Shown here one piece after another: positions 1-17,489 of a stretch of DNA of 64,000 bases (position 1 is the stretch's first letter; each line of letters begins with the position of its first letter). The notes below the pieces were generated by a model. The model was not told the DNA's origin. It saw nothing but the letters and a program-made list of their open reading frames with translations, and searched no databases. The translations under genes and the position numbers were made by a program. The stretch is from the human T2T-CHM13v2.0 reference genome, Homo sapiens, in NCBI RefSeq assembly GCF_009914755.1, contig NC_060935.1; one strand, written 5' to 3'.

Positions 1-952
1 ATTTTCTAGAGCCTCATTTGGGAAGACTCAAAGGCAAGGAATGACTCAGAGGGAAGAATCATCTGGAGGCATGTTCATCAGCATGGCTAGAGGGTGATGT
101 TGGCTGTCAGCTAGGACCTGAGCAGGTCTGTAGGCTGGATTGCCTCCATGTGCCCCCTCTGTGTGACCTGGCTTCCTCCACAGCAGGGCAGCCTCAGGAG
201 AGTGGGGCTTTTCACATGCAGTCCAGAGTTTCAGGGATCCACGTAGAAGTTGCATCATTTTTTGTGATCTATCCTTGAAAGTTGCACAGCATCATTTTAT
301 TACCAAAATGCCAGAGGTTTGGTCTAAGTCCTGCTGTTCACTCCACAGAAAGCCAATCACTGAGACAACAAGTATTGCCAGGGAAGAAGGCTTTAATCAG
401 GTGCTGCTGTTGAGGATATGGGAGATCAGTCTCAAATTCACTTCCCTAACTGACTACCATTAGGGGTTTCTAAAGCAGGGAAGAAATGTAACCATGTGCG
501 GGGAAACAGGAATTAGGGAGAGGTAGGGAAGAGGAGTTCACCAACAGAAAGCTGGTGCTTATTTAAGCAGTCATGATGGGTGAGGACTCTGGCATCCCAT
601 TGTCTAGATGCCATGATCTGGTAAGTTTCACTTCCTTGATACTATCTGGGAAGCCTGATGGTTGGTTTCCTGAGAAAGGAAAAATATAAACTGTGTAACT
701 TTCTCAAGTTTCAAGACTGAGAGAGTCAATTTCTATGTTTATTCAAAAAAACCATAAACATCAGTTTTGTGGGATAACTGGGCTGGTTTCAACTTCAGCC
801 ACATTCTGTGGGTTGCAGCAAGTCACAAGACCACCTACCTATAAGAAGAGGTAAAATAGACATCACCTCTTGATGGAGGAGTCAAGGTTTTAGAAAAGCA
901 CTAGAGATTACAGGTGTTGTTGCAACTATAATTGAAAAATATAAGATTCCAT
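1..952 (-). mobile_element. Old MaLR LTR (MLT1 family), split by an ERV1 LTR at 298-791
   Basis: MLT1-like text 'tggctgtcagctaggacc...cacagcatca' resumes after the insert as 'acttcagccacattctgtgg...caagtcacaagacc'. Confidence 0.6.
298..791 (-). mobile_element. Solo ERV1 LTR (LOR1-like)
   Basis: Reverse complement starts TGAAACCAGCCCAGTTATCCCACAAAACTGATGTTTATGG, resembling LOR1; 4-bp TSD-like attt (294-297) / actt (792-795). Confidence 0.7.
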
Positions 953-1439
953 ATGGTGAAAGATAGGGTTTGCCAAAAATTTTACAAAAAAATAAGTGAA
1001 TACACCAGAATAAGAATGCAAAGCTTTGGATTTTTAAAGTTCTGTCCTTCCTTGACCTCCCAGACCTTTTTCTCATGTGTAAAGATGTCAATTAATCTTG
1101 CACATTCATGGGCAGGTACATCTGCAGGTTTGGCCCTGCAGGGATGCAACTGAGGGCAGGGAGGTTGCACTGGAAATGCATCCAAATAAATTCTAGAAAC
1201 TTGCCATGGGAATTTGCTTTGTGTTAGTCTTCCTTCCCCACGTGTCCCTCTCCTCTTTTAATCAAGTCTCAGGGAGGAAAAATACTGATCAAAATTGATC
1301 AGATTCCAGGGCATTGATTTGGCTGGCTCCTTTTACAGGTGGATGAAGAACTATGTAAAGCTCCAACTTAGACCTACAGCTCACAAGGCTGCCTTCACAC
1401 TTGTGAAGCCTCCATGATCTCTCTAGCTCATCTCCCCAC

Positions 1440-2092
1440 TTTTGTTCTCATATCCCACAGCCTTTTCCCAACATACCAACCACAATGATCTTTTTGAAGC
1501 CTAGGACAGACAGATGATGTCTTCACTCCTCTACCTTCTGATTCCTATTTCACTTAGACTAAAAGCTAAAGTCTTTACAGTGCCTGACATGATCTAAACA
1601 CCTTTTTTCTTCATCTTCTGTAAGTCTTCCTCTAGCTCATGCTACTCAATCAATACTGATTTCTTTATTAAACATATGATGCAAGAGCTATCATCAGAGC
1701 CCTTGTATTTGCTCTTCTCTCTGCCAGACTCTTTCCCTATATACCCACAAAACCAGCACTTCCTTATGGACTTTGGTCACAAGTCAGCTTCTCAGTGAGG
1801 ACTTTCCTGAGTACATCATTAAAATTTATACCCTCTTTCTGCAGTTTTCATCCCTGCTTCCTGCTTCTTTTATCTCCACAGCATTTGCCCCCATCCAACC
1901 AATTTTATATTTAAATGATCTATTTGTTTTATTGTGTTTCTTCTGCCATCCCCATGCAGACACTAGATTATAAGCTTCTGAGAACAAGATTTATTTTGTC
2001 TATTTTATTTACTGACAAATCTCCAGAATGTAGAGCAATGCCTGACACATAACAGGTGCTCAATGAGTATTTGTGGAATAAATGAATGAATA
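1440..2092 (+). mobile_element. LINE-2 3' fragment
   Basis: Ends in the typical L2 tail 'gcctgacacataacaggtgctcaatgagtatttgtggaataaatgaatgaat'. Confidence 0.75.
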
Positions 2093-2430
2093 GATGAGTG
2101 TGGAAATACTAACTGCATGTTTAGATATAGGTTATGTGATAGGTAATTGATTACACAGAAGAATGCTTTCATCTGAAGCTACTTAGGACTAGTTAACCAA
2201 GGAAAAGGGGATGTTTCCCCATGACTCAGCCCACTCTATTGCAGTACTGGTTTGAAGGCCCAAGTACATCTGTTAAAATTGTTCATTGTTTCTCATTTGC
2301 CATTGTTTTAAAGGATATATGCAGCATTCTTGAAAAACTCTGAGATATACAGGCATAGATTTAGTATGAGCAGGAACTAGAAGTTCCTGCTTTTCCTATG
2401 TCATTACTTGTAATAATTCTCATGTCCTAC

Positions 2431-2899
2431 TGTGGTAGGCAGTATAATCGCCCCCAAAGATATCCACATCTGAATACCTGAAACCTATAAATATGTTATG
2501 ATATATGGCAAGAGGAAATTAAGGTTGCTGATGGAATGAAGATTACTGATCAACTTAAAATGGGAGAGACTATCCTGGAGTATTTAGGCAAGCTCAAGAA
2601 GAGGAATGGGGAGAGTGACAGTCAGAAAAGTGCATATGACAAGGAAAGTAGAGCTCAGGGTGATGAAATTGATGGCTTTGAAGAAAGAAAGAAGCCAGGA
2701 GCCAAGGACTGCAAGTAACCTCTGCAGGCCACAAAAGACAAGTAAACAGATTCTTCACTACAGTCTTCATAAAAAAAACACAGTCATGTCTACACTTTGA
2801 TTTTAGCCCAGTAAAACTCACATAGAATTTCTGACCACTAGAATTTTCAGATAACAAATTTTTGTTGTTTTAAGCCACCGTGTTGGTAGTAATTTGTAT
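2431..2899 (+). mobile_element. MaLR LTR, MLT1D-like
   Basis: Starts 'tgtggtaggcagtataatcgcccccaaagatatccacatc', ends 'gttttaagccaccgtgttggtagtaatttgt'. Confidence 0.75.
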
Positions 2900-4404
2900 A
2901 TTCCTAACACCTTCATCATTACATTACCATGCAAATGCAAAAGAAAATTCAGCCTGAAAGGGTGCAATCCTGCTACAGCATTTGGTAAAGGGCAGTCTCT
3001 CTTGTTTTGAGTCTCTTCTTTCATCAAGTACATAAGAGCAAATGTTATCACCAGTCATAAAGTTCTGGTGATAAACTTAATTTTCTGTATTCCAAAATGC
3101 CATCCAAATAACAACGCTAGCTAAAGCTTTTTTGTTTTCGTTGGAGACATATTCTGAAGATGTGGGTAGGCTAGATCAGTAAAAATATCAGTGTTTCATT
3201 CTTTTTAGCAACTAACAAAACAGGCTTTCCATTTTCGCACCAAAAAAAATAAGATTAAAATGCATCTTCCTTGAATTACGATGGGTGAATTTTTAAATTT
3301 AGCCTAATTCAAGTAAATTCCTACCTATTGCTTCTAATTATACCATTTTCCTCTTTGTGTGGAGACTTGAGATCAAGAAAGAAAGAGCACTAGTAGTTGA
3401 TTTTTTAAAAAAGAAATGTGTTTTCTCAATTCAAAATAAGAAAGGCTTTCAACAGCAGGTCTGTAGATTTTTTGAAAATCCTAATTAGACTGAATTAAAT
3501 GACTAAAATGCTACTAATTACTTTTCAATTTCAAGAGAGATGTTTACAAAGCACAGTATAATGAGTAATACAGCACTTCAAATGATTACTAATGTTGCCA
3601 TTTTGTCTGACTTAATCTCAATTAGTATAAATCACATTGTCATCATGGTTAACTGCCATTTCTTTCAAGCAAAATGGTAATTTCTCTTTACAATCTTACA
3701 ATTACTGTTTGTTTTCTTCAAGATATTCCATTTGAAAGGCCTAATAAAGAGAATATTTATAGACCCTGTGTTTTCTGCAGTTTAGACAAATGCATTTGTT
3801 GTTATTCTATTTGGAGGGTTGTGGTAATTCCTTACTTTCTAATAAAATGAAATTTTAACTTTTAACTATATTGTCATGCCAAATGTAAACACATAGATAG
3901 CTATAGTTCCATAGGAGAATCTTTATTCAAATGCCAAGTAGACTTCATTAATAAGATCTAAGAGGCAACATATATGTTTCACCTCTCTGAGGAAATTCAT
4001 CATTAGAAAAGAGAAGAAAATGCCTTTCAGTATTGAGAGTATTGGATTGTTCTAGGTTTGGATTGGTTTGAGTTTGGGGTTTTTTTTGTTTGTTTTTACT
4101 TTTCCTCCAGCTTCTTTCCATTGTTCTACTCATGTGGATGTAAAATCTCTCCATTAATCAATTATCTAATTGACCATAGGCCATCAACTGATCATTTCTC
4201 TGTGTCACTGGATAATCTTAGGGAATTTCCTTCAAAGACCCAAAGTTATCAAATGAGATTTTTTTAAATTACACTATTGTTCTAAGAGCTCTTCTAGATT
4301 TAATCTTACCTTTATTTAAAAAAAGTTTAGGAGTTGAATATTAACAATTTAGATTTTTTCTCAAACAAATATTTTTCTTAAATCTTTGGTGCTATTTTGT
4401 TTAT

Positions 4405-5244
4405 TTTTTGTTGCATGATAAACTATCCCAAAATTTAGAGGCTTAGAAAAACAAAACATTATTTTCACTCATGATTTTTTGGGTAGGAGTTTTGGAAAGA
4501 GCTTAGCTGAGTAGTTTGTCTTTAAGCCATGTGGCACCAGTGAAGGCAACTGGAAATGGAGGGTTTACTTCCATGAAGGCCTCTTCATGAACACGTCTGG
4601 CAACTCAGTGCTATTCAACTTGTACTTCCAAATCCACATGGCGACTTATCCTTCAGAGCTCATTAGTGTAGTTTGAGCTTCTTGAAATATGGAGCCCTCA
4701 GTATAGATGAAATTTCATAGAAGCCCCAGTAGAAGATATTCTGCAAGATTGGTGGAGGCTGCAAGATTTCTCATGATCTAGGCTCAGAAGTTCCAGAATG
4801 CCCTTTGGTCAAACGGTCAAACAAGGGTTTTATTTTATTTTATTTTATTTTTTGAGATGGAGTCTCGCTCCGTCACCCAGGCTGGAGTGCAGTGGTGCTA
4901 TCTAGACTCACTGCAAGCTCCGCCTCCCAGGTTCACGTCATTCTCCTGCCTCGGCCTCCCAAGTAGCTGGGACTACAGGGGCCTGCCACCACGCCTGGCT
5001 AATTTTTTGTATTTTTAGTGGAGACAGGGTTTCACCATGCTAGCCAGGATGGTCTCCATCTTCTGACCTCGTGATCTGCCTGCCTCGGCCTCCCCAAGTG
5101 CTGGGATTACAGGCGTGAGCCACTGCACCAACTGGCTGGTCAAAGAAGTTTTTAAGGCCAGCCCTGATTCAAGGAGAGGGAAATAATACTCTCTCTCAAT
5201 GGGAGAAATAGCTAATAATTAGTATTGATCTTTAATCTACCACA
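4405..5244 (-). mobile_element. Old MaLR LTR (MLT1), interrupted by AluY
   Basis: 'aaactatcccaaaatttagaggcttagaaaaacaa' ... 'aaggccagccctgattcaaggagaggg...aatctaccaca'. Confidence 0.6.
4828..5137 (-). mobile_element. AluY
   Basis: Full dimer; Y-type 'caagctccgcctcccaggttcacg' and 'gacctcgtgatc'; degenerate TSD ggtcaaa(c/g)aag. Confidence 0.92.
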
Positions 5245-5499
5245 GTGTCTACAACTTATACACAAGCTAAAAATAAAATAAAATATTTTAAAATGAAAAT
5301 AGGTGTTCATGAGGAATCTTTAAAAATCCTTCCTTCATACAATTTCCTGTTATTTTTGATGACAAAAGCTAGGATGTTTGAAATTTGACATGATTTACAT
5401 AATGAAATTATCATTTTGGGTAAGTAAGTTATGTTTATTAGCTCTAGATTTCTGTTGATTTGGGCCTCTTCAATATCCATTTCTGTTTCTCCAGTTAAC

Positions 5500-5870
5500 A
5501 GCAAACCAATTTTCTTGTAAGAATGTACCATTTTTTATTTGCATGAAGTATTCTGGAACTGTCAACCAAGGACTCCTCTGCTTTCTTTGGCTAACAAGTG
5601 GACATTTTACGTATCTAGGGCAATAAAATCCTTTCCCTTTAGAATTTAAATCATGAGAAGAGTGACACAAAGATGAAAATTATTTGGTACTCATATTTCC
5701 TGATGTTGGTACCCTGCAACTTCTGACACTTAAATCTTCGACACTTTTATTCTAAGCTTTCCTAAACGTGGTCATTTAGAGCTTCTCCTTTGATTCTGTG
5801 AGTTGCCTTTTAGTCTTCCAATTATCTACTTTTACTTAAAATAGCACTAGTTTTCTTTTTCTTCAAAATA
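5500..5870 (+). mobile_element. Old ERVL LTR fragment (LTR33-like)
   Basis: 'cctttgattctgtgagttgcc...ttccaattatctacttttacttaa' resembles the LTR33 3' end; diverged. Confidence 0.35.
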
Positions 5871-5964
5871 AAAACAAACACATAGAGCCATAACAGAGGT
5901 AAAAATTTGTGTAATGAGTGGAGCTGCCCAGAAACAGAATTAATCAGAAAACACAAGAATACAG

Positions 5965-6410
<446 letters not shown>

Positions 6411-6628
6411 AAAAGAGCAAGTCAGTAATAAGCCAATTAAATTAATGGCTAATTTTTAATATTTACTCTTATCTATCTTTAGCCTTTCAAGTTACCAAAG
6501 CATTTTTACATGTGCATGTTCATATGATTTTTCTCCTTACTTCTCTGAAGTAAACTAGTAGAATGTAATTAGAAGAAGAGTTCCAACTGCTTAGAACTCA
6601 AATCTTCAGGTTTCAAATATGTTCTTTT

Positions 6629-7284
<656 letters not shown>

Positions 7285-9116
7285 CTTTTCACTGTACTCC
7301 TAGTTATATAATTTTCTTGCTCATACCAGCAAGCTTTCTAGTCCTTGCTCATGACATGAGATTTCAAAACAGTAGACAAATGATTCTAAATGATTAACTA
7401 GATAAACACACAGAGATATCAATTTAAATAATGAATATAAGGTGTTTGGCCTTGTATCTGGGCTGCAGTGAGTGTTAAATACATAGGAGTTATTATTAAT
7501 ACTAAATAGAATGTGATACTTGCCATTATTTCTAGGCTGAAATTATTTCTAAGTTGATTTTTTTTCTTTATGTCATTTCCCAAGATAGTTATTTGTATTA
7601 TTCAAATCATTTGCTGGTCTCAACATGTTCTTCAGGATGAGATCTCAACTTTATGACCTTTCTATATGGAAGGAAGACTTGACATTCCCAATCATTAAAT
7701 GGTAAGAGAGTTGGAGCTAGGGTCAAAACAGAGAGGGCAAACCTTCAATAGCAGGGCAGTCACTATGTCTTTGAACTTCTCTTTTAAATGCTATAAAACT
7801 GCCTTTCTGTCTCAATTCTGTTGAACTGGAATTAAAAAATATTCCCCCACAGCATCTGAATTTTATTAGAGTATATGACTTTCTTTTGCAGACACTACTA
7901 GTAGGTATTTTGCAAAGTCTTGTCTTTGAGGCTGATTCTAGAACTAGGTTGTAGCAAGAGTTGGAGTCCCATAAAACCAGTGATATTTACTCCTTAATGC
8001 AGTCCATCTTTCCAAGGTGTGCTTTCTCTGAAGACTGATCACAGCTTTTATTGTGTGAGCTTGTAAAATGCAAAATGATTAAAGGTACATCTATTTTTTG
8101 AATCTCATCTTTGTCATTCCTTTAGTCAACAACAGCAGAGTCCTGGCCGTTTCACAGATGCTTACATGAAAGGTCAAGTTTAGCCATCAGCACTGAAAAA
8201 AAAAAAAATCTTAAAGGGCAAGATGGCTGCATTGTAATGACTTTGAAGAGCACCTTGGTGCTGATTCTAACTGAAGGATTTGTGATCTTTCAGAAAGTTC
8301 CTCATTTTGCTTCTTTTCCCCAGCATGAGTCTCGCTAAACATATCCATTTCCATATCATTATAAAGCATAAAAAGGAAATTTCCTCTCAAGAGCCACAGC
8401 TTGGAGTCACTCTTTTAAAATCTTTTTCCATTATTTTTGTTGGCCCCATTACCTGTTTCATTGACATTCCAGAACACTTCTTAATTTTGACTTCCACTTT
8501 GATTCACTCTCACTGCTTCCTGCCTGCCAATATCTTTACCCTTCCTCTCTGACATTCACTTCCACTCATTTTCTCTCTGTCCCATATCAAGCTTCTCAAT
8601 TGCACACTTCATTTAGGAATTTTAATGTGAAAGGAAAAAAAAAAGCTCAACAAAACGGTTGTGGGTGGAGAGTGATGGAAGTGAAGCTGTGAAACGTGTG
8701 CTCTACATAGCTTATACCATACTTCAGGCAGCAAGGTAATAGTTTCACTGAACAAGCCGCCTTTTTCCAGATGACTTCAAGAAAGCAAAGAGTAAATATG
8801 ATGCCCCAGAGTGTGGATTTGTAGATATAAGAGGTTCCATCTTTCCCCTGAGAAGAAGGCAGACCTATAAAGAACACACACCTCTCCCAGTGTCCTCAGG
8901 AACTAGCTGAAGTGAAATGGTTGTTACTCAAGTTTCAGAGCAAGCTTGGGCTGTGTCATGGCCATAGCATAGTGGAAACTGGGTTGAGGCAAAGAAGCTA
9001 AGCTCATTACCAATTAAGGAAATTGGAGTAGTAATTGTGAAGGAGGAGAAATTGAGGAAATTGGAGGAGTAATTATGAAGCCACAAAAATAATGCAAAAC
9101 CAGAAGTTAGAAGCTA

Positions 9117-12706
<3,590 letters not shown>

Positions 12707-12739
12707 AAGGAAAAGGAGGAGGTCATATGTTCTGTGTTC

Positions 12740-12900
12740 AAATCTCAGCAGAGCTACTGACTCTATTGACAGGACTTTAGGTAATTTTCTTTTAACTATG
12801 GTAAGGCTCCATTTCTTCATCCTTTAGCAGTGTTGAATGTTTGTTTCCTCTAACCTTGTATGAGGATTAAATAAAATGATGGGTGCTCATTCAGCAGAAT
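12740..12900 (+). mobile_element. MIR fragment
   Basis: 'gttcaaatctcagc...atttcttcatc...ttgtatgaggattaaataaaatgat'. Confidence 0.5.
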
Positions 12901-12905
12901 ATATT

Positions 12906-13460
12906 GTATATAATATTAAATATAAATAAAAAATGAAGACCAACCAACTGAGAACAACCAACAGCTTTTCATCCAGAGCTTGCTATATCAAGGGAGTTAA
13001 CCATCATTACTTGTGTTTTGAAGATACTCAAAGCCAGGCAGAGGAGTGGGAAAGTGTTGCAGAAAAAGGGAAGACTTCATATATGCTCTCATTGGAGGCT
13101 GTTAGTATGGGGAAGCTGTAGGCAGACTAACTAGAACCAGGGCATTCTACATGATTCATTGGAAGTGTATCTATCTATATATATATTTTTTTCTGGTTGG
13201 TCCTAAGTCAGCAGTGATAACAAAGTTAGAGAACCTGTTAGTTATTAATCAAGTCCTGATCATTTTAGACCAATTGTTATGGCGGTACTTTGGTTTCCTG
13301 CATGTGTTGCTAGATATAGTTCTCTAACTTTCTGCAAGTCTGACCAGCTTTCTGGGCTGGTTACTCTAGATGACAGGTTAATTTTCTGGGCTAAATGTGA
13401 CAGACTGTAGGTCATGGCTCTATTTCATACATAGTTTGACCATTGTTTTATGTATATACA
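12906..13460 (-). mobile_element. ERV1-class solo LTR (MER67/MER89-like; subfamily uncertain)
   Basis: 'cagagcttgctatatcaagggag...caggcagaggagtgggaaag...ttggaggctgttagtatggggaagctg' resembles MER4-group LTRs. Confidence 0.55.
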
Positions 13461-14177
13461 CACACACATACACATTTAATCTCTCAATCCTATAGTTTAC
13501 CTTTCTCTTAAGTAAGTGATTACCTGAACCTCCCCCACTAAATCTCACAATGAGTTTCAGTGTTTCAAGAGGAAGATAGATATAGGCTGAAACAAGAAAA
13601 AATTGCTCAACTTTTGTTTTTAAATTAATTTTTTATAAGTCCATTAAGAAACAATAGTCTCCAGAGTCTCAACTTTTGCAAAGGGAGAAAAAAAGGTCTC
13701 TAAATTACAAAAGATTTATTTACAACAGGGTATGATTGCAAGTTACTTAGATCAAGAAAATCCTCACACTCAAGTGTGAAAAATCCTTTCACATATTTTT
13801 CCAGGGACAGCCAAAAACAAAGAAACAAACAAAAAAGAAGAGAGAAAGCTTTGTACCAAGATGTTTCAATAAGCTCTTCTAGTGCCCATGGACATCCTAG
13901 GATTATGAACATGTATGCTGAACTGAAATCATATGATATTTAATGGCACCTAGAGGAATCTCAGTTCCCAATGTTGTCCCCCAAGAACACCTGAAATTCT
14001 ATTAATGAATTATCCTGTAATAAGATACAATGCTTCTTCACTTCCTCTTTTAAAGATGTCAGGTCTTTATTGTGTTCAGTCCTTTCTCTGAGTTACATTT
14101 AAGAGACATCTATACAGTGGGTAAGAAGTCAATCATGATGGTAAGGAGACTCAAAGCTATGTAGGACAGAATAGAGT

Positions 14178-14387
14178 AAGAGTTTGTCAACCTTAGCACC
14201 ACTGACACTCAGGACTAGATAATTTTTTGTTATGATAGCCATGCATTATTGAATATTTAGCAGCATCCTTGGCTTCTACTCACTAGATACCAGTAGCTCC
14301 CCTTTCCCAGTTGTCCCAACCAAAAATGTCTTCAAACATTGCCAAATGCACCTTGCAGTGCAAAATTCCTCCTGTTGAGAAACCGTG
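14178..14387. mobile_element. MER20 (hAT-Charlie MITE)
   Basis: 'tttgtcaaccttagcaccactgaca...aaccaaaaatgtcttcaaacattgccaaatg...gttgagaaaccgtg'. Confidence 0.85.
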
Positions 14388-14389
14388 GT

Positions 14390-14548
14390 AAGCAAAGATT
14401 CCAATATTCACAGAATCATCTGAAGAACTTGTTTGAAAGTGCTGACTCCAGGGATCCACTGTGATGATTCTGAGTCAAAAGAAACAGAAAACTCTATGTT
14501 TTATAGGTTTCTCAGAGGTCTGATGGTCAGCCAGTTTGGAAATTATTT
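14390..14548. mobile_element. MER5-type hAT MITE
   Basis: 'cagaatcatctgaagaacttgtttgaaagtgctgactcc...cagccagtttggaaattatt'. Confidence 0.55.
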
Positions 14549-15059
14549 TTGGGTTACTAACCGTGAACAAGAAATGACTCAAAGGGGCCTTACAGCCATC
14601 TTCAAATATATAAAAGTTAACCCGCAAAAGTGAGATTCAACTTTTTCTGAGTTGCTAAGAAGGGAGTTCTGACCAAATTATAAAATAGAGAAAAATATGA
14701 ATAATTATAATAGCACAGTAGATTTTCAATCACTAAAATTGTTTAAAGAAAAAGTTGAATAATCACTTGTCGAGAAAGTTTTAAAAGTAAATCACACATA
14801 TAGATGGTGAACATGTGACCATTAAGGCATGTTCTAATTTTGAAATAAAGATTTTATATAAAGATTTTATATGAATAAATGATCCTTTAGTGAGAAATAT
14901 AAATTTGATTCTTTTTAGCCTAAATGGAAGTAAAGCAGAAAGGAATTAATGTTATTAATACTTACATCCAATATACAGGTTCTTTATCTTGGGTGAATAA
15001 CAGAACCACCTGTGGAGCTTTTAGAATATGCAAATATTTGGGCTCAAGGGAAGCTGAGA

Positions 15060-15235
15060 ATTATTTAATTACTCTGTGTCAGGCCCTCCTCAGCTCAACA
15101 CTCAGACATAAGTATTACTATTCTGTGTTTACAGGTGAGAGCCCTAGACATAAAAGGTTATACAATTTGCTCAAGGCTTCATGACTTCTAAGTGGTAAGA
15201 CTAGTACCTAGTTCTCCCTGACTTCAAAGACCAAC
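15060..15235 (-). mobile_element. MIR
   Basis: 'tattactattctgtgtttacaggtgagagccctagacataaaaggttatacaatttgctcaaggc'. Confidence 0.6.
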
Positions 15236-15929
15236 ACTCTCCCTTAAGAGTATTACAGTGACTCACCAAAGAGAAGAAAGGATGGGCAGATATTTTTTCA
15301 AGTCTTTTGTGCCATCTAGGAAAATGTTAAAGTGACCTTCAACTTCTTGACAGTTTAATCTCATGTTAACTAAAGGGCAGAGCTAAAATAACGGTAACTA
15401 GAAAATATAGTCGTTATTGAAAAGGAAGAAAAAAATATGTGAAATCTTTTTCTCTTTGCCTAAATTTCCCAGAGAAAAACATGCCTAGACAAAAGAAGGT
15501 GTACCATCATTCAGTCGTGCAGTTCGGATGATGAAGAATCTGTTCCCTGGCATGATTCATACAAAAATTCCTTCCACTGCTGAAAGCCACGATTCACATT
15601 TCTCAGATGTAGGTCAGACTTCCTGTCCTAAGATATAGTCCCAAAACACGAGTTTTAATCAGATTGAGGAATTAGTTAACATTTATACGTATGCTAAAAT
15701 ATGCTGATTTGTGCCACAGTACTGAAATGTATCTCGTGATGGAGAAAGATTCAGTCTCTTTTTGATATAATGTATGGGAGGGAGGGGAAGGTGGAAGGGG
15801 AGAAGAGAGAGAATCAAGTAAATGAATTAAGGTAAACTTGGAAAATAAAAAAGTTAGAAAAACTCAAAAGTCAGGAATAGCAATAATCAGTGACATACAT
15901 TAAGCACATATTAAGTACCATAAAATGTG

Positions 15930-16100
15930 ACAACCACTCCACATACATTTAGAGCAATCAATCATTTCAAAAATGTTATGATGTTATAATTCCCATTTTA
16001 CACCTAAAGAAACAGAATCAAAGAAAGAAAGTTAAGTGCTTGCCCAGGGTCGCATAAATTATGCACGTGGATGCAAACCCAATCTTTTTCACTTCTGCAT
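15930..16100 (-). mobile_element. MIR
   Basis: 'ttcccattttacacctaaagaaacagaatc...gttaagtgcttgcccagggtcgcat'. Confidence 0.6.
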
Positions 16101-17489
16101 ATATAGTCTCAAATGCACACTATACCCACCAGCCTCACACTTTCCATTTTGTTTTTACACAGATCCTTCCTCTTTAAGTACCCTGTAAATGATGGACTAT
16201 GTGGAAATGGCAGGCAGGAATCCCATGGTTTCATTCCATTCCCTTACCACCCACTCTTTTAGGTTTGTTATTGGAGTTCATCATTAAAAACAAATTTGGA
16301 TGCCCCAGTGACTTATAGAACCTTCTAATGAACATCGTAAAAGTGAGGAAGCCAGTCACATTTCAGGAGGCACTCACCTCTCGCATTCCAATTGATTTGG
16401 GAGGATGAGTTCAGCTCATTAGGAATCAGATGCAAAGGTCTTTAGCCTGAATATGCTGAGCAGATGGGCAAATTCTCTAAGATCCTGAGTTTGTTTCAGC
16501 AAAAGTAAGGCAGCTGAAAGCTAGGAAGGTCTCTAACTGGACCCAAAGGTATTTCAATTTTCTGCCTGAGCATCCAGGCACACTCAATGTTTACTTGGAA
16601 ATTTAGAGAGCCTCTGCAATTCTAAGAGTTGGCACCTACAGGCAGAACAGCCGACCACTCATGGGTGGAATCTCAGGACTCTTGGGAAGGCTGAACTCCA
16701 GTGACCTCCAGTGACATGTGCTTCCTGTTGCTGAAATGAAACCCTCACAAGTCATTGCTTTACGTTGAGGCTTGCTTTCTCTTAAAATTCAAATGTTCCT
16801 CCTAGAGCTGCTAGCAGGAACCAGTCAAGCCCCACAAAGTTCATTTAAAGCCGTCCTAAACATAATCCTTCTATCCTGAAACTAGACACTACCAAACAGA
16901 GGACTGTGTCTGCCCTGGATGTTGCTTTCATCCTTCATTGTCTAGAACTCTGGTACCTCTTTAGGACCATCTTGCATCCTGCTGCTCATCCTCCTGCTTC
17001 TGTAGCTCCCATACTTCATGACTTTCTATTCTATCAGCCTAGCACCATTTTCAAGGCTGTCTTTGGACCTCAACCCAAGCTCTCTCTCCCAGGTGACTGA
17101 CTCAGACTGCCCTTATTTTAAAATGCTCTTAATTTTTTATCTCTAGACACCTGCATTTGCCCATCTCTTGCCTCTAGATGATAAATAGAGAATAGCAAAC
17201 ATTAACATGAACCAGAAGATGGAAGTTCTACAAAGAGTATAAAATAGTGTAAAACCTAGAGGTTGAGGCATTATCGAAACTAAACTGAGATTATTAGCAG
17301 CATATTTAGTGAGTATCATAGACAGATTAATATTGAAAAGCAAAGCAAAGCATGGTTTGCCCAAAAAACTATTCAGGGTAAAGAAGTGTAGATACCTACA
17401 TATAATTTGTGGACTTGACAATATATTAAACCTCACAATAGTGGTAAAAGCAGAACCAAAACATGCATTTTTTTATATATTTCACAAAC

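Noticed and set aside
8248-8265. REST/RE1 site
   Set aside because: Only the TCAGCACC half matches; the GGACAG half is absent
8647-8877. 76-aa minus-strand ORF with a hydrophobic stretch
   Set aside because: Non-ATG start, no recognisable homology, and length within chance expectation; only its acceptor-like signal is noted
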